A stretch of 64,000 nt of DNA, from contig OZ024743.1 of the NCBI GenBank assembly GCA_964016885.1, positions 323,516,001-323,580,000 of the forward strand, given 5' to 3'. The notes beneath the pieces are model-generated. The model did not search any database and had not been told where the DNA came from. It was given only the letters and a program-made list of their open reading frames with translations. The position numbers and the translations under genes are program-made. The stretch is from Eledone cirrhosa. Its lineage: Eukaryota. Of this stretch, positions 45,770-60,383 are shown piece by piece; position 1 is the stretch's first letter; each line of letters starts with the position of its first letter.

Positions 45770-46200
45770 CAAGCGGCCGAAATGGGGTACCTCCGAAGGG
45801 TCTTTGGAGTAATGTTACTCGATAGAGTATGTAGCTCGGAGACAAGAAAATCACTCCATGTGGAGCCACTACTTCTCCGAATTGAGAGATCACAGATCCG
45901 ATACTATGTACATATGGTTAGAATGTTTCAGAAAAGAATAACTGGAAAGATTTTACGGGCAAAACCAGCCGACAGGAGACCAATAGGCAGATCCCGAGCC
46001 AGATGGCTGGATAACATCCATGAGCTTGGCTGGTCACGCTTGGGGATCCAGCCGGATCAGTTGAAGACGATTGCTTCTGACAGGACCCGGTGGAAAGAGT
46101 GTTTGAGGACTCTGCCCCTTGACCCTTTCAAGAAGAAGAAGAAGAAGAAGAAGAAGAAGAAGAAGAAGAAGAAGAAGAAGAAGAAGAAGAAGAAGAAGAA
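45770..46200 (+). mobile_element. RTE-clade LINE 3' end with (GAA)n tail (second RTE family)
   Basis: QAAEMGYLRR..LLDRV..EPLLLRIERSQ..HMVRM..RPIGRSRARW. Confidence 0.8.
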
Positions 46201-46329
46201 TATCATGCAAAATATCAAGCATTTGACTCGATCAGTACCTTAAAGTGTTGATTGAAAATTTTCCACTCACTCTATGTGTGACTCAACGTTACGCAGAGCG
46301 CTTCCCTGAGATATTTTTCCTTTATCAAA

Positions 46330-46412
<83 letters not shown>

Positions 46413-46651
46413 GTGTGTGTGTGTATGTATATGTATGTATATGTGTGTATGTATATATGTATGTACATGTTTATATATATAATGTACATATGTAGGGGTG
46501 TGTACGTGTGCGTGTGACTCAACTGATTCTGCATATATTATGTAGAACGATCTGCCGGGGTACTTTTCCTATATCCAATACACACACACACATACACATA
46601 TACGCACATACATATATACATACATATATATACATATATATATTTACATAC

Positions 46652-46684
<33 letters not shown>

Positions 46685-47016
46685 CATATATACATATATA
46701 TATACATATATATATTTACATACATACATATATATATACATATATATACATATATATATATTTACATACATACATACATATATATATATATACATATATA
46801 TATTTACATACATACATATATATATATACATATATATATTTACATACATACATACATACATATATATAAATATACATATATATATTTACATACATATATA
46901 TATATATACATATATATATTTACATACACATATTTACATACATACATACATATATATATATATATACATATATATATTTACATACATATATATATATATA
47001 CATACATATCTATATT

Positions 47017-47060
<44 letters not shown>

Positions 47061-47098
47061 CATACATACATATATATACATATATATACATATATATG

Positions 47099-47241
47099 AA
47101 GGCGCATGGCTTAGTGGTTAGAGCATTGGGCTTGCAATCGAAAGGTTGTGAGTTCAATTCTCGGACCGGGTGATGTGTTGTTTCCTTGAGCAAGACACTT
47201 TATTTCACGTTGCTCCAGTTTACTCAGCTGTAGAAATGAGA
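47099..47241 (+). mobile_element. tRNA-derived CORE-like SINE (family 2)
   Basis: tggcttagtggttagag A-box, gagttcaattc B-box, and ccttgagcaagacacttta..ccagtttactcagctgtagaaatgag, similar to the MIR CORE. Confidence 0.8.
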
Positions 47242-47448
47242 TGAAGATGTACCGGCCTGCCCGTCCACCCAGTGGGATTGCCTTATCTTATGGCTAAAAC
47301 AGCACGACGTGCTGTGACCAGCGCCGCCGAATGGACGCCCGGCAGACTGGTCGGTGAAGGCGATCAAGGTGATATATATACATATATACATATAGACATA
47401 TATAGACATATATATATACATGTGTATATATATATATGTATATATGTG

Positions 47449-47505
<57 letters not shown>

Positions 47506-47957
47506 GTCAAGTGTGTGGGTGAAAGGGGCGTAAGTACTAACATCATTGACTTCCGCTCTGATTCAGACATTGAAACAAATCTACAGCTGAAATGAATGAA
47601 AAGAAGTTTCATTAAGGTGTCTTCTTTGTTTCTATAATGGTTATTTTGTGTTATATCTTATTTTGTTTCCTTTTCTCTTTCTATTCGTCAACAAACGCTA
47701 CACTTCTTTAGTTCATTAGTCACGCTTGATGTCTGCCGAGCAAATAGGAAAAAAATGCCGGTATATATGTTATAAATTTATTATTCTTAGTAATTAATCA
47801 GAAAGACGTGTATTGGCATTGATTATTTCATGAATTGTCTTACAGACACATCTGTAAGTTTCTAGGTCAAATCTACTGAGATGAAGTGAAGTAGTTTGAA
47901 AACCAATGTCATAGATACATTTTCATGAATGGGAAGTTTGTCGTTCGAAATTGTCAT

Positions 47958-48127
<170 letters not shown>

Positions 48128-48166
48128 CAATATATAACTCTACAAAGTAAACTGTCTCTAATACAG

Positions 48167-48244
<78 letters not shown>

Positions 48245-48441
48245 AGCTGTATTATACTTAATATGTATATACATGTATAGATATGTATATATGTATATAC
48301 ATGTATAGATATGTATATATATATACACATGTATATATATGTACATGTATATATATGTATATATATGTATATATGTGTATATATATGTATATATATATGT
48401 ATATATACATGTATATATATATATATATGTATATATATATG

Positions 48442-48880
48442 TATATTAATAAGAGGAATTCCAACTTTGTATGATTTACTCGTTTTATTTACAATCCTTT
48501 GAAATTTATAATGGTATTATAATGAAATAGTATGATAGAATATTAAATTCTAAGTGTTAATTGAACAAGTACTTTCATGCTTTCGCAATCTTCAGGTTCA
48601 TAATATGTGGCGACAGTCAAGTTTGCAATTTTCAACCGTGAAAATTGCAAACTTGACTGTCGCCACATATTATGAACCTGAAGATTGCGAAAGCATGAAA
48701 GTACTTGTTCAATTAACACTTAGCATTTAATATTCTATCATACTATTTCATTATAATTCCATTATAAATTTTAAAGGATTGTAAATAAAACGAGTAAATC
48801 ATACAAAGTTGGAATTGCTCTTATTAATATAATCTTCTATACACAATCATACACACCCGTGTATATTTATCTATCTATAT
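48442..48880 (+). mobile_element. Fold-back cassette (family K) with HHR
   Basis: Arms 48442-48634 / 48639-48831, 4-nt loop. gaac CTGAAGA(48678) t-tgc-gaaa-gca-t GAAA GTAC TT gttc. Confidence 0.85.
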
Positions 48881-48949
48881 CTCTATATATATATATATGT
48901 ATATATATGTATATATAATTTGTATATATACATGTATATATATGTATAT

Positions 48950-48991
<42 letters not shown>

Positions 48992-50213
48992 ATCATCATC
49001 ATCATCATCATCACCGTTTTACGTCCGTTCTTCCACGCTAGCATGGGTTAGACGGGTTGTCCTGTTGTGGGCAGTGTCTGGTCGGCTGACCATGCCTTGC
49101 TCATACAGGAACTGATCTGGCTTGATTTCTACAGCTGGATGCCCTTCCTAACACCAACCTCATTTACAGTGAGTGCTGGGTGCTTTTTCGTGGCGCCTAC
49201 ACGTCCACTTTACAGTGTGGGCTGGGTGCTTTTTTGCCGTGGCACCTCCACGACCACCTTGCGGTGGGGGGGGGGGGGCATATTGTTTATATGCTTCAGC
49301 ATGTACCCATTGGAGGTCGGGTACCCTGTATTACTGCGTGACGCCAGAAGTCACGGTCGTGTGTCATTGACTTTGAGAGGTGTAGTTGGGTAAGGTCGGC
49401 TTTTATCACCTCATCCCAAGTCATCTTGGGTCTCCCCACTCCGCGGTTTCCATCAACTTCTAGTGCTCTGCACCTTTTTATGCAGCTGTCATCCTTCATA
49501 CGCATCACATGTCCATACCAGCGTAACCGCCTCTCCTGCACGCAGCATTTGATTCCTCTTATGCTCAGTCTCTCTCTCAATTCCTTTATGCTTTGTCGTT
49601 CACGTATATTACTGTTACACATCCATCGGAGCATGCAGGCTTCGTTTCTCTCTAATCTACGTAAGTCTTCCACCTTCAGCGCCCAGGGCTCACTACCATG
49701 CAACATCGCTGTTCGGATACACGCATCATACAGTCTGCCTTTCATTCTGAGGGAGAAGCCTTTTGCAGCTAGCAGTGGTAGTAGTTCCCTAAACTTCTTC
49801 CATCCCGTTCTTACCCTAGTTATTGTACTTTCTGAGCACCCACCTCCGTTGCTAATTCGGTCACCTAGGTAGCAGAAGCTGTCTACTGTTTCTACAGGGC
49901 CCTCCCAGAGATTGGTGGTACTTGTTTCCTGTGGCTGTTTGCTTGCTGTTTCAGCACAGCTGCTGCATGTGAATCCTACATTCTTAATTAAGCTTCCTGA
50001 GATCCCGCTACATCTCTTGTGTACCCATTGTTTGCATTTGGGGCAGAGAATGGAGTTCCTACCTACACCTTTCCTACATACTGAGCAAGGCCATTTCCCT
50101 GAGGGGATCTGGGTTCTGTTTTCTCGTCTACTTATAAGGACCTTAGTCTTTGTCATGTTGACTTTGAGGCCCTTTCTCTCTAGTCCCTGCTTCCAGGTTT
50201 GGAATTTATTCTC
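48992..50213 (-). mobile_element. RTE-type LINE, 5'-truncated
   Basis: [22 protein letters not shown] zinc finger, [23 protein letters not shown]; (GAT)n tail. Confidence 0.9.
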
Positions 50214-50232
50214 TATATATATATATGTATAT

Positions 50233-50342
<110 letters not shown>

Positions 50343-50635
50343 ATATATATTTATATGTATATATATATATGTATACATGTATATATATATACATGTATAT
50401 ATATATATACACATCTATATATATATACACATGTATATATATATATATGTATATATATACATGTATATATATACATGTATATATATATATACATGTATAT
50501 ATATATGTATATATATATGTATATACATATACGTATATACATGTATTTATATGTATATATATATATATCTATATACATATATATATATACATGTATTTAT
50601 ATGCATATATATATGTATATAAACATATATACATG

Positions 50636-52308
50636 TATAACTTTGATAACTTTATAGGTTTCGGCCAGTATTGGCCCAGGCCATGTCTAACTTAATAGCA
50701 CCACCTGGCGAAGTCTTACAAATCAGTGTTTGGGCACCATGGCCCACTCGAGCAGAGAGTTATTGTTTACGGAGGCATATCCGGGTGTAGGAGGCTTATC
50801 CGGGATTTCTTGAAGGAATTTATCCAAAGACTTCTTGATGGGGTCTGTCTCTGCTTTGATATGTTTTGGAGTAATATTAAAGCGAGCAGGGCCAATTGAG
50901 GTGAAATAATTGTGCCGTATTGTTGTTATGAGATGCGAGTGAGATTTGTGTCGTGGGCGGATAGCACGGGGCCAAAGCCTTGGGTGTACATTAAAGGTGA
51001 TGCCAACATCATTTGGGCCGAGCTGATGGAATATTTTCCACATCATGCAGATAATGTAGCGCTCATGGCGACGTTGGAGAGAATAAAGGTTGAGCTTTTC
51101 TAATCGACTTCAATAGTCAAGGCCTGTCATGCCATCTATCTTTTTTGTAATTGACCTTTGGGGTGCTTCAACTTTCATGATACTTTGTTTCGTGTGGGGT
51201 GACCACAGTGGACAACAGTATTCAAGGTGGGGTCGGGCAAAAGTGGAGAAGAGAATGATAACTGTGGATATCTCTCGACTGGAAAGTTCTGAGAATCCAG
51301 GAACACATTCTGTGTGCCATATCAACTTTGCTGTTTATATGAGTGGCCCAGCTTATGTTGTTGTCCACAATTACTCCCAGGTCTCTGATGTTGTTGGATG
51401 CCACTAGAGTTTCACCCGAAGGAAGAGAGTATGGTAATTTCAGGGCATCCTTTTTTCCAAAGTGGATTAATTCAAACTTATCCTCATTCAATAGCATATT
51501 ATTATTTTCTGCCCATTGGATAACAGCCAGTAGGTCTGACTGGAGGCAAGTCCGGTCACCCACCTCATTGATGACCCTTTGGAGCTTGGGATCATCTGCG
51601 AAGATTCTTATGTTGCTGTGCTTGATGATGTCAGTAATGTCATTAATGTAGATGATGAAAAGAAGTGGGCCCAACACAGTGCCTTGTGGTACGCCACTGC
51701 TGACTTTGGCAGGGCTTGATTTTACTCCTTCGACTACAACATGCTGGGTTTTGTCTGTCAGGAAACATTTGATCCACGGTAGTAACCTTCAAGAGACACC
51801 AACATTGGATAGTTTTTCAGTAGAATCTTATGATCAACCCTGTCAAAGGCCTTGTTGAAATCAAGGTAGATGACATCAGTGTTGGAGCCCTCTCCCAAGG
51901 CTCTCAAAATATCGTCCAAGTGATGCAGGAGCTGCGTTAGGCAGTCCCTTCCATTACGGAACCCATGTTGGTTGGAGTTCAGCAGGCCGTTGCTTTCAAG
52001 AAAGTGGGTTATTCGTGATCACACCACCCTCTCAAATACCTTGATAATATGAGAGGTGAGTGAGCTCGGATGGTAATTCACTGCAAGGGACTTATTTCCC
52101 TTTTTGAAGACTGGGACAACGGACTGGGACAGAAAGTTTTCAGGAATATAGCCAGTGTCCAGTGAGTTCCTCTACAGATTAGCAAGAGGAGATGCAAGTT
52201 GGTGTCGACACACCTTCAGGACACAAGCAGGGAACCCAGGGAACCTGTCGGGGCCTACTGCTGAATTGTGTTTAATTTCGTTTATTGCTTCTAAGACATC
52301 AGGGGCGC

Positions 52309-52310
<2 letters not shown>
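50636..52310 (-). mobile_element. CR1/L2-group LINE, 5'-truncated, frameshifted RT
   Basis: GVPQGTVLGPLLF, RIFADD, IRDLGV, RPHLEYCCPLWSP, QHGFR, YLDFNKA; short repeat tail at ~50636-50657. Confidence 0.88.
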
Positions 52311-52392
<82 letters not shown>

Positions 52393-52472
52393 TGTATATA
52401 TATATATACATGCATATATATATATGTATATATATACACATGTATATATATACATGTATATATTTGTATATA

Positions 52473-52500
<28 letters not shown>

Positions 52501-52506
<6 letters not shown>

Positions 52507-53833
52507 GAAATTACATGAATCAAAGTTCAGTTTAAATCATTTATTTGCTTACAATTGTTTCTTCCAAACCGAGGTTTGGATTCTTCGGAGCAACTATTTA
52601 GTGATTTTTTACATACTTGACCTCCTTTTCAACACAAGAGACATATAAAAACATATGTATATATTGAGGTCTGACTCTTCTTGTAGAATGTTCGGTTGTG
52701 GCACTCCATGATAGCAGGTAATCATCCTGATATGAACACCTTTAGTACTTCTTGATAGACTACACTGTAATTTATAGATAAGATATTTAAATTTAGAAAT
52801 TGTTTATAACCTTATATGATAGGGACTCATTTGAAACACCATTAATGTACTTTAGGATAATAAATTTAACTATGAAAATCAGCTAGTTACCTCCCCTTAC
52901 GCATTAACTCCCCTTAATCACACACACACTTCCGGAATATAATACAATGTCATCTCTCACAACAAAAACAACCTGATCTATGAATCGAATTAAGGAACGA
53001 CAAGCTATGTTTTATAACATGGTTCACCAGGCACCCAATGTTGAATCATCGTGGATTCTGTGATGGACATGTAGTCTATAAATTACGTTTCCTGGATTGT
53101 GTGAGCGGTGGTGGGTGCGAGGACAGTGGTGCTGTTTTGCTTCTCATTTGTAATATTTTTTATATTTTTGGTGTTTCTCTACAAACGGGCTTATATATCG
53201 TACAGGTGTGTGTGAAAAACGCTTTAACAATACAGCCCCCATGATGCTATTGATTGCCTGCTTTAACTGCTTGTTTTACATGTAACAATCTGCCGCACTA
53301 TAATCCTGTATAAATAAGACACGCGTGCATGCCACACGTGAGACTGTTTCATACACTGACTACTCTAAACTTTCCTCTTGCTTTATCTTCATAAACTGCC
53401 AATGTTTTATTTTAATTTTAATTTTAATTTTAACTTTAATTTTCTCCTTTAATATGACTGTAACCTTTGTATGTAAATTGCCATGCTATATTATTATGAT
53501 GGATGTCAACCCACTGTGGGTCAATATATACATATGTTTTTATATGTCTCTTGTGTTGAAAAGAAGGTCAAGTATGTAAAAAATCACTAAATAGTTGCTC
53601 CGAAGAATCCAAACCTCGGTTTGGAGGAAACAATTGTAAGCAAATAAATGATTTAAACTGAACTTTGATTCATGTAATTTCTATATAACTGCTCTGTAAA
53701 ACAACTGATGTTATTACATTGAGCTATTTATCTTACTGGTAATAAGATAGTAATGAATTACTATTTAGAGTTTAAAATATATATAACTATAAAAGGTTTT
53801 ATTATATACATAACCATAAATAGTATCCTTAAT

Positions 53834-53840
<7 letters not shown>
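52501..53840 (+). mobile_element. Non-coding PLE-type cassette (family L): 167-bp inverted pLTRs around an ~850-bp spacer, U4C HHR
   Basis: 52501-52667 / 53521-53687. ttgct CCGAAGA(53600) a-tccaaacc-tc-ggtttgga-g GAAA CAATTG TA agcaa. Confidence 0.8.
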
Positions 53841-53931
<91 letters not shown>

Positions 53932-54038
53932 CATGTATATATATACATGTATATATATATATATACATATATATATATGTATATATATACATGTATATAT
54001 ATATACATGTATATATATATATATACATGTATATATAT

Positions 54039-54105
<67 letters not shown>

Positions 54106-54106
<1 letters not shown>

Positions 54107-55021
54107 TACCAGCAGTACCCAGCGTTGCCTGGGTAGGTAAAATAATATCTGCTTTGATGAAAAGGTGTTGATCTTAGCGACTACGAGTTTTTTGAAAATC
54201 GGTCGTAAAGTGTATCAAATGGCGAAATGTTGAGTGAAATCGTATGGAATATGTGGGAGGTGGAAAAAATCGTATTTTCAAGAGTTAAACGGCTGCCACG
54301 CCGTCCTTGAACAAAAAATGCAAAGTGTAAAGCTACTATAAGAGGTGCAATGATAGGTTCTATCGTAGTATAAAAGGTGAACCAAATAAATTGATTTATG
54401 TGTGAGGTGGAGCCGAAGTTTCGAATTTGAACGAAATCGGTTGAAAAATGTGGGAGCTAGAGCCGAAAAGGCGGAAATTTGAGCGAAAAGGTGGTATTTT
54501 CGAATATTTAAGCGGCTGCCACGCCGTTCCTGAACAAAAAATCACTTTAAGACGTGAAATAATCAGATCTAGCGTAGTGTAAAATTTGAACAAAGTAAGG
54601 TTGATTAATGTGGGAGCTAGAGCCGAAAAAGTGGAAATTTGAGTCTAAAAGTGGTATTATTGAATATTTAAGCAGCTGCCACGCCGTCCCTGAACAACAA
54701 ATGCAAAATATAAAGCCACTACAGGATGTGAAATGATAAGTTCTATTTTGCTTTAAAATTTGAACGAAAACGGTTGCAAAATGTGGGAGCTAGAGCCAAA
54801 AATCTTATTTTTCGATACCTAAAAAAAGGTGCCCCCCCCCCCCATCGATTTTTATCTGCAGAATGACCCCGGAATAAAAAAAAAAAACGATACGCTGATA
54901 TATAGAAAACACTCCCCGATGACTAATCTATGAGCCTGTAAAGTTTCATGAAAATCGGTCGTAAGATGTAGGCCCCTATAGGTAATACACAGACACACAG
55001 ACACACACACATACTAAATTT

Positions 55022-55032
<11 letters not shown>
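54106..55032 (-). mobile_element. Non-autonomous Helitron-like element with internal tandem repeats
   Basis: Terminal hairpin acccaggcaacgctgggt followed by GTAG|T (degenerate CTAG). Repeated units gcggctgccacgccgt..gaacaa and gtgggagctagagcc. Confidence 0.65.
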
Positions 55033-55093
<61 letters not shown>

Positions 55094-55183
55094 CATGTAT
55101 ATATATGTATATATACATGTATATATATGTATATATATACATGTATATATATGTATATATATACATGTATATATATGTATATA

Positions 55184-55256
<73 letters not shown>

Positions 55257-55468
55257 GTTTATATATATGTATATATATGTGTCTGATGGTAGCTAAAATG
55301 CTTTCATAGGCGGTATGCCGGTTGAGCACTCTATGCTCTTACAGTATGATAGAATAGAAAACGAAAAATCAGTGATGCATCTGAACTCAATTTATTGTGT
55401 GTTACAATTGTTTCGTCGGCGGATAGCTCGAGACGCGATCATTGTATGGATCTGTCTGATTCTGGACG

Positions 55469-56531
55469 ATAACGGAAAAAATGAAACGAAATTTCAGTTC
55501 CCACTCTTAGTACGGCTGTTACTTAAATACAAGTATGTACACGTACATACATATATGTATACAGACGTACAGTAGTATGTATATATATATACATACATGC
55601 ACACATATATATATGTACGTATGGATTCACCGAACATTTATTATAGTGTCTAGCAACTGAACGAAATTTCGTTTCATTTTTTACGTTTATCGTTTTCGGT
55701 GCACATGGCCGATTAACCCACTCGATATGCAAATCGGGCTACTGAGCCGTTAATATGCATAAGGTAAGTATATACGTTCAACAATCTGGCAGGAAGGTAT
55801 ACGTTGCTGACGATAGCTAATAAGCTTGAAACTAGTACGGCGTTCCTTTGTCAGTGTTGAACAAACGAGCAACGATGGTTGCTAGACACTACGGCTTAAT
55901 ACGGGATGATTGTTTACAAACACACCGAGTATTATAATAAATGTTCGGTGAATCCATACGTACATATATATATATATGTGTGCATGTATGTATATATATA
56001 TACATACTACTGTACGTCTGTCTAGATATATGTAGGTACGTGTACATACTTGTATTTAAGTAACAGCCGTACTAAGAGTGGGAAATGAAATTTCGTTTCA
56101 TTTTTTCCGTTTATCGTTTTCGGTGTACCCGGCCGATTAACCCACTCGATATGAAAATCGGGCTACTGAGCCGTTAATATGCATAAGGTAAGTATATACG
56201 TTCAACAATCTGGCAGGAAGGTATACGTTGCTGACGATAGCTAATAAGCTTGAAACTAGTACAGCGTTCCTTTGATAGTGTTGAACAAACGAGCAACGAT
56301 GGTTGCTAGACACTACGGCTTAATACGGGATGTTTGTTTACAAACACACCGAGCATTATAATAAATGTTCGGTGAATCCATACGTACATATATATATGTG
56401 TGCACGTATGTATATATATATACATACTACTGTACGTCTGTATACATATATGTATGTACGTGTACATACTTATATTTAAGTAACAGCCGTACTAAGAGTG
56501 GGAAATGAAATTTTCGTTTCATTTTTTTCCG

Positions 56532-56534
<3 letters not shown>
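55469..56534 (+). mobile_element. Tandem ~420-bp HHR repeat (family F; retrozyme-like / non-autonomous PLE) with inverted 5' segment
   Basis: Unit starts at 55663, 56087 and 56507. HHR cores CTGACGA at 55807 and 56231. 55469-55645 is the reverse complement of ~56357-56534. Confidence 0.82.
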
Positions 56535-56614
<80 letters not shown>

Positions 56615-57698
56615 TGAATGCTGTATACATATATAATAAATACAAATACACTCACACACACACATATACATAATACAAACATAGAGACGTATGTGTGTGT
56701 ATTGTATTATATGAATATGAAATAAATGTCAATTTAGGGCAACAAACAACCATTCATTAAAATGTATCTATTATATAGGGATGGGGGTTAATGTGTATCT
56801 GATAATGAGTGTGTGTGTGTCAATGTGCGTGTTAATGTGTTTGTGATAATATGTGTGTGTGTTAATGTGCGTGTTAATGTGTTTGTGATAATGTGTGTGT
56901 GTTAATGTGTGTTATATTCATAAAAACATAAGCAATCAAATCTAATCAAATAATCATTCAACACATACAGAGTATACAGTTTTATTTTGAATTTGTACTA
57001 AATCTACCTGCCCATTCCCCACCTATGTCCCCAGCCTACACTGTAAAGTGGTCGTGAAGGTGCCACGACAAAACAAAACAAAAAACAACATCCAACCCTC
57101 ACTATAAAATGGTCGTGTAGGTGTCAGGGCAAAAAGCGCCCAACCAACACCGTAAAATGGCCGTTTTGGTGCTACGACAAAAAACGGTTTCAACAGTTCT
57201 AGTCCTGTAGAAGTGATTTCTATATATAATAAAGACGCCTACACTCTACCAACGTACTGAGTATTTTCTTTAACTCTGGTTACCCACCGACACCACTCGG
57301 AAATCTACATTATATATATATATATGTATATACCCTTTAAATTTATATATATATATATATATAAATTTAAAGGGTATATATATATAAATTAGACAAAGTC
57401 ATAGATACATATATATGAGGATTCTGATAAAGTTATGTACATTTTTTATTCCAACTTCGATTCTGTACCTAATTACGTGTAGTTAACTATATGTCTAGTC
57501 AATTTCTACAGGCTAGTAGAAATATTAGGTAAATATCATGTAGCTATAAGTCGCGGATAAGAAGCTATATCATTTATCTATTATTTCTTCATAAGTACAT
57601 TTTAAACTTATAGCCTCGTTTAAATGATTTTTTGTACGGTTGATTTAACTGATTGGGAGAGGAAATACTGTATATATTTTATCTAATGATTCTTTGGA

Positions 57699-57765
<67 letters not shown>

Positions 57766-58567
57766 ATCACTTTGCAGTATAGATGTATGCATACCAGTGA
57801 CACTTTCCTGTGGAATGGAATAGACTCCAGTCGTCTTCGATGATGACTTCTCCAGTTGTTCGATCAACAGGAGAGCCTGTTCGTGGAATTAATGTGCAAG
57901 TGACTGAAAATTACACAAACACGTGTAGCCGTAACATAATTTTCAGTGAGACTCAGCGTGACAGTTTATTAAAAATATGGTCTTTTGAATTACAAATAGA
58001 GTCCCTCCGATGAGTTACCAAACAGTTTCCGTCACTCACCAGACTTGGCTCCACATGGGACCACGGTAAGGGATATTTGCTGAAGATGTCACACAGAGAG
58101 ATAAATTGGGTTTATCAGAGGCCACGGTAAATAATACTTGCTGAAGATATCACACAGAGGGATCAATTGACTCCACCTGGGGCCACGGTAAAGGATATTT
58201 GCTGAAGATGTCACACAGAAGGATCAAACCTGGTTTGTCAAGCGAACTTCTTAACCAATCGGCCATACTGCATCATGCATGTATACACACACACACACAC
58301 ACGTACACACACTAATTACACGTCACTATAGATGTATATAGACTATGTTATTGGGAAACCAATAAGTATAAACGTGTAAGCGGCTGAGTATTCAACAGAC
58401 ACATTTATTCAATTTCCCACATTCACATTAACCACTAAATTCATCTGTGGTTATTTTAGAAGACATTTATGCAAGGTGCTGCGCAGCTGGATCGAAACTG
58501 GGGCTAAATGATTGTGAACTAAACACCATCCAAACATTAAACCATGCTCACGGTCCTTCAGAGAAAT

Positions 58568-58981
58568 GATGGTTTCTGATTTAGGCACAAGGCCAACAAT
58601 TACCCCACAGCATTACTGGTGCTTTATTTTATCGACCCCGTGAGGATAAAAGACAAAGCTGACGTCGGCGGGATTTGAACTCTGAACGCAAAGGGCCATA
58701 ACTCTATTCTGTAAAGCACGGTGTCTGACGCTCTACCGTTACTGCCAATCCACCGCCATAGAGAAATAATGGTTTCTGATTCAGGCACATTTTGGGAAAG
58801 GAGAAAGTCGATTAAATCGACTCAGTACATTACTGGTACTTTATTTTATCGACCCCGTAAGGATGAAAGGCAAAGCTTACCCCGACGGCATTTGAACTCA
58901 GAACATAATCGGCCGTAACTCTATGCTGTAAAGAATGTTGTCCGACGCTCTACCGATCTGCTAATCCACTGCACTCACACA
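58568..58981 (-). mobile_element. Two family-1 SINEs in tandem flanked by a 29-bp direct repeat
   Basis: aaaccatgctcacggtccttcagagaaat at 58539-58567 and 58982-59010. Confidence 0.75.
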
Positions 58982-60204
58982 AAACCATGCTCACGGTCCT
59001 TCAGAGAAATAATAGAAAAAATAAAATAAGATAAAATAAAAATAAAAATAAAAGAAGAAAATAAGGAAAAGTCACGATAGTAAAATAAGCTATAACACAA
59101 AAGATCCTGTTTAGTGAGCCAATGAAATATGTAAATCTTTACGACGCACTATATTTAGGTTTGGAATTGTTTAACTTAACGTGATTTTAGTTCCCGTTGT
59201 ACTGTATAGGAACTTACTCTGAACATTAATGGAAAAAAGAATTTGTTATGTGCACTTCACATCAAACGTTTTGTGATTCATTCTTTATAACAAAACAATT
59301 CTTCTTCAGAACAATTGCCATAATTTCAGCTTTACAATCCATTTTTCGGAGTAGATTCTTCGAAAATACATTTTATCTTCATATTATGTAGTTGTTAGTT
59401 CAGCCCTGATTGAGCAGAATTATAACCACAGGTGATCAAGTCGTCATCATCCCATCTTTTAGGTACTTAGTACGGCAATATCCTATGTGTCCTTCCCGTT
59501 TTCAAAGATGGTAGGGTGCGATTTAATGAAGATTTGGCTTTTATTTCCAGCAAGCTGAATTACCACATAGGAGGTTTCTTTGACGAGTTTTATTTAGCTA
59601 CAGTTTAGTCCTGGTCGAGTAGAACTACAATCAAAACATTTCAGCCGTGCCCACTCCGTTTCGGTTTTTTTTTCCAAGGATAATATTTCTGTCTCCTTTT
59701 ATAAAACAGTAGAGTGTGATATGAGGGAGATTTGGTTGCTATTTCTTGCAGGTTGAGTGTCGAAGTTGCCTCGTTCGCCCCTTTCATGTGTTCGTAGACA
59801 ATTTCTGCAAAATACGGGGTTTCTTTTTCTCTTCCGAGTATCAAGCCTATTACACTACTAATGTCACAGGCTCTATTCTGTTGTAGATCAAGAGGGAAAT
59901 AAAATAAAGAAAACATTATTAAAGAGAGAGTGAGTCCCAATACAGCCGATAGACTTGCTAGAGATAGCAACTAAATTTCCCTCAAATTACAATCAACTGC
60001 TTTAAAAAAGGGAGACATGTGTATCCAGGATAGTATAGTCCTAGATACGTTATCTCTTAAGAAGGGGTGCTCACGGATGAAACGCCTTTAATCATAGATC
60101 TAGTCATAAGGGCTGACCTGAACTTAACTATTTTGACACATGAAACCATCTCGGATTTATGATATAAAACTGCTTGTTTTTAAATGTATTAACCACTTGC
60201 ATTA

Positions 60205-60383
60205 TTTGGCAGTATCGGTAGAGGGTCGGACGCCATGCTTTCCAGCATAGTTACGTCCCTTTACAATCTGAGTTCAAATCCCGCGGCGGTTAACTTTGCC
60301 TTTCATCCTTACGGGGTCGATAAAATAAAGTACCAGTAATGCACTGGGTAATTTGCTGGCCTTGTGCCTAAAGTAGAAACAAT
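60205..60383 (+). mobile_element. tRNA-derived SINE (family 1)
   Basis: Nearly identical to 23390-23567. Confidence 0.85.

Noticed and set aside
47099-47175. tRNA-like sequences (also heads of family-1 repeats)
   Set aside because: A-box and B-box are present but continue into SINE bodies; no complete cloverleaf was evident.
58050-58230. CTGAAGA repeated three times at ~61-bp spacing
   Set aside because: No stem II-GAAA-stem III arrangement follows; this is a degenerate tandem repeat, not an HHR.
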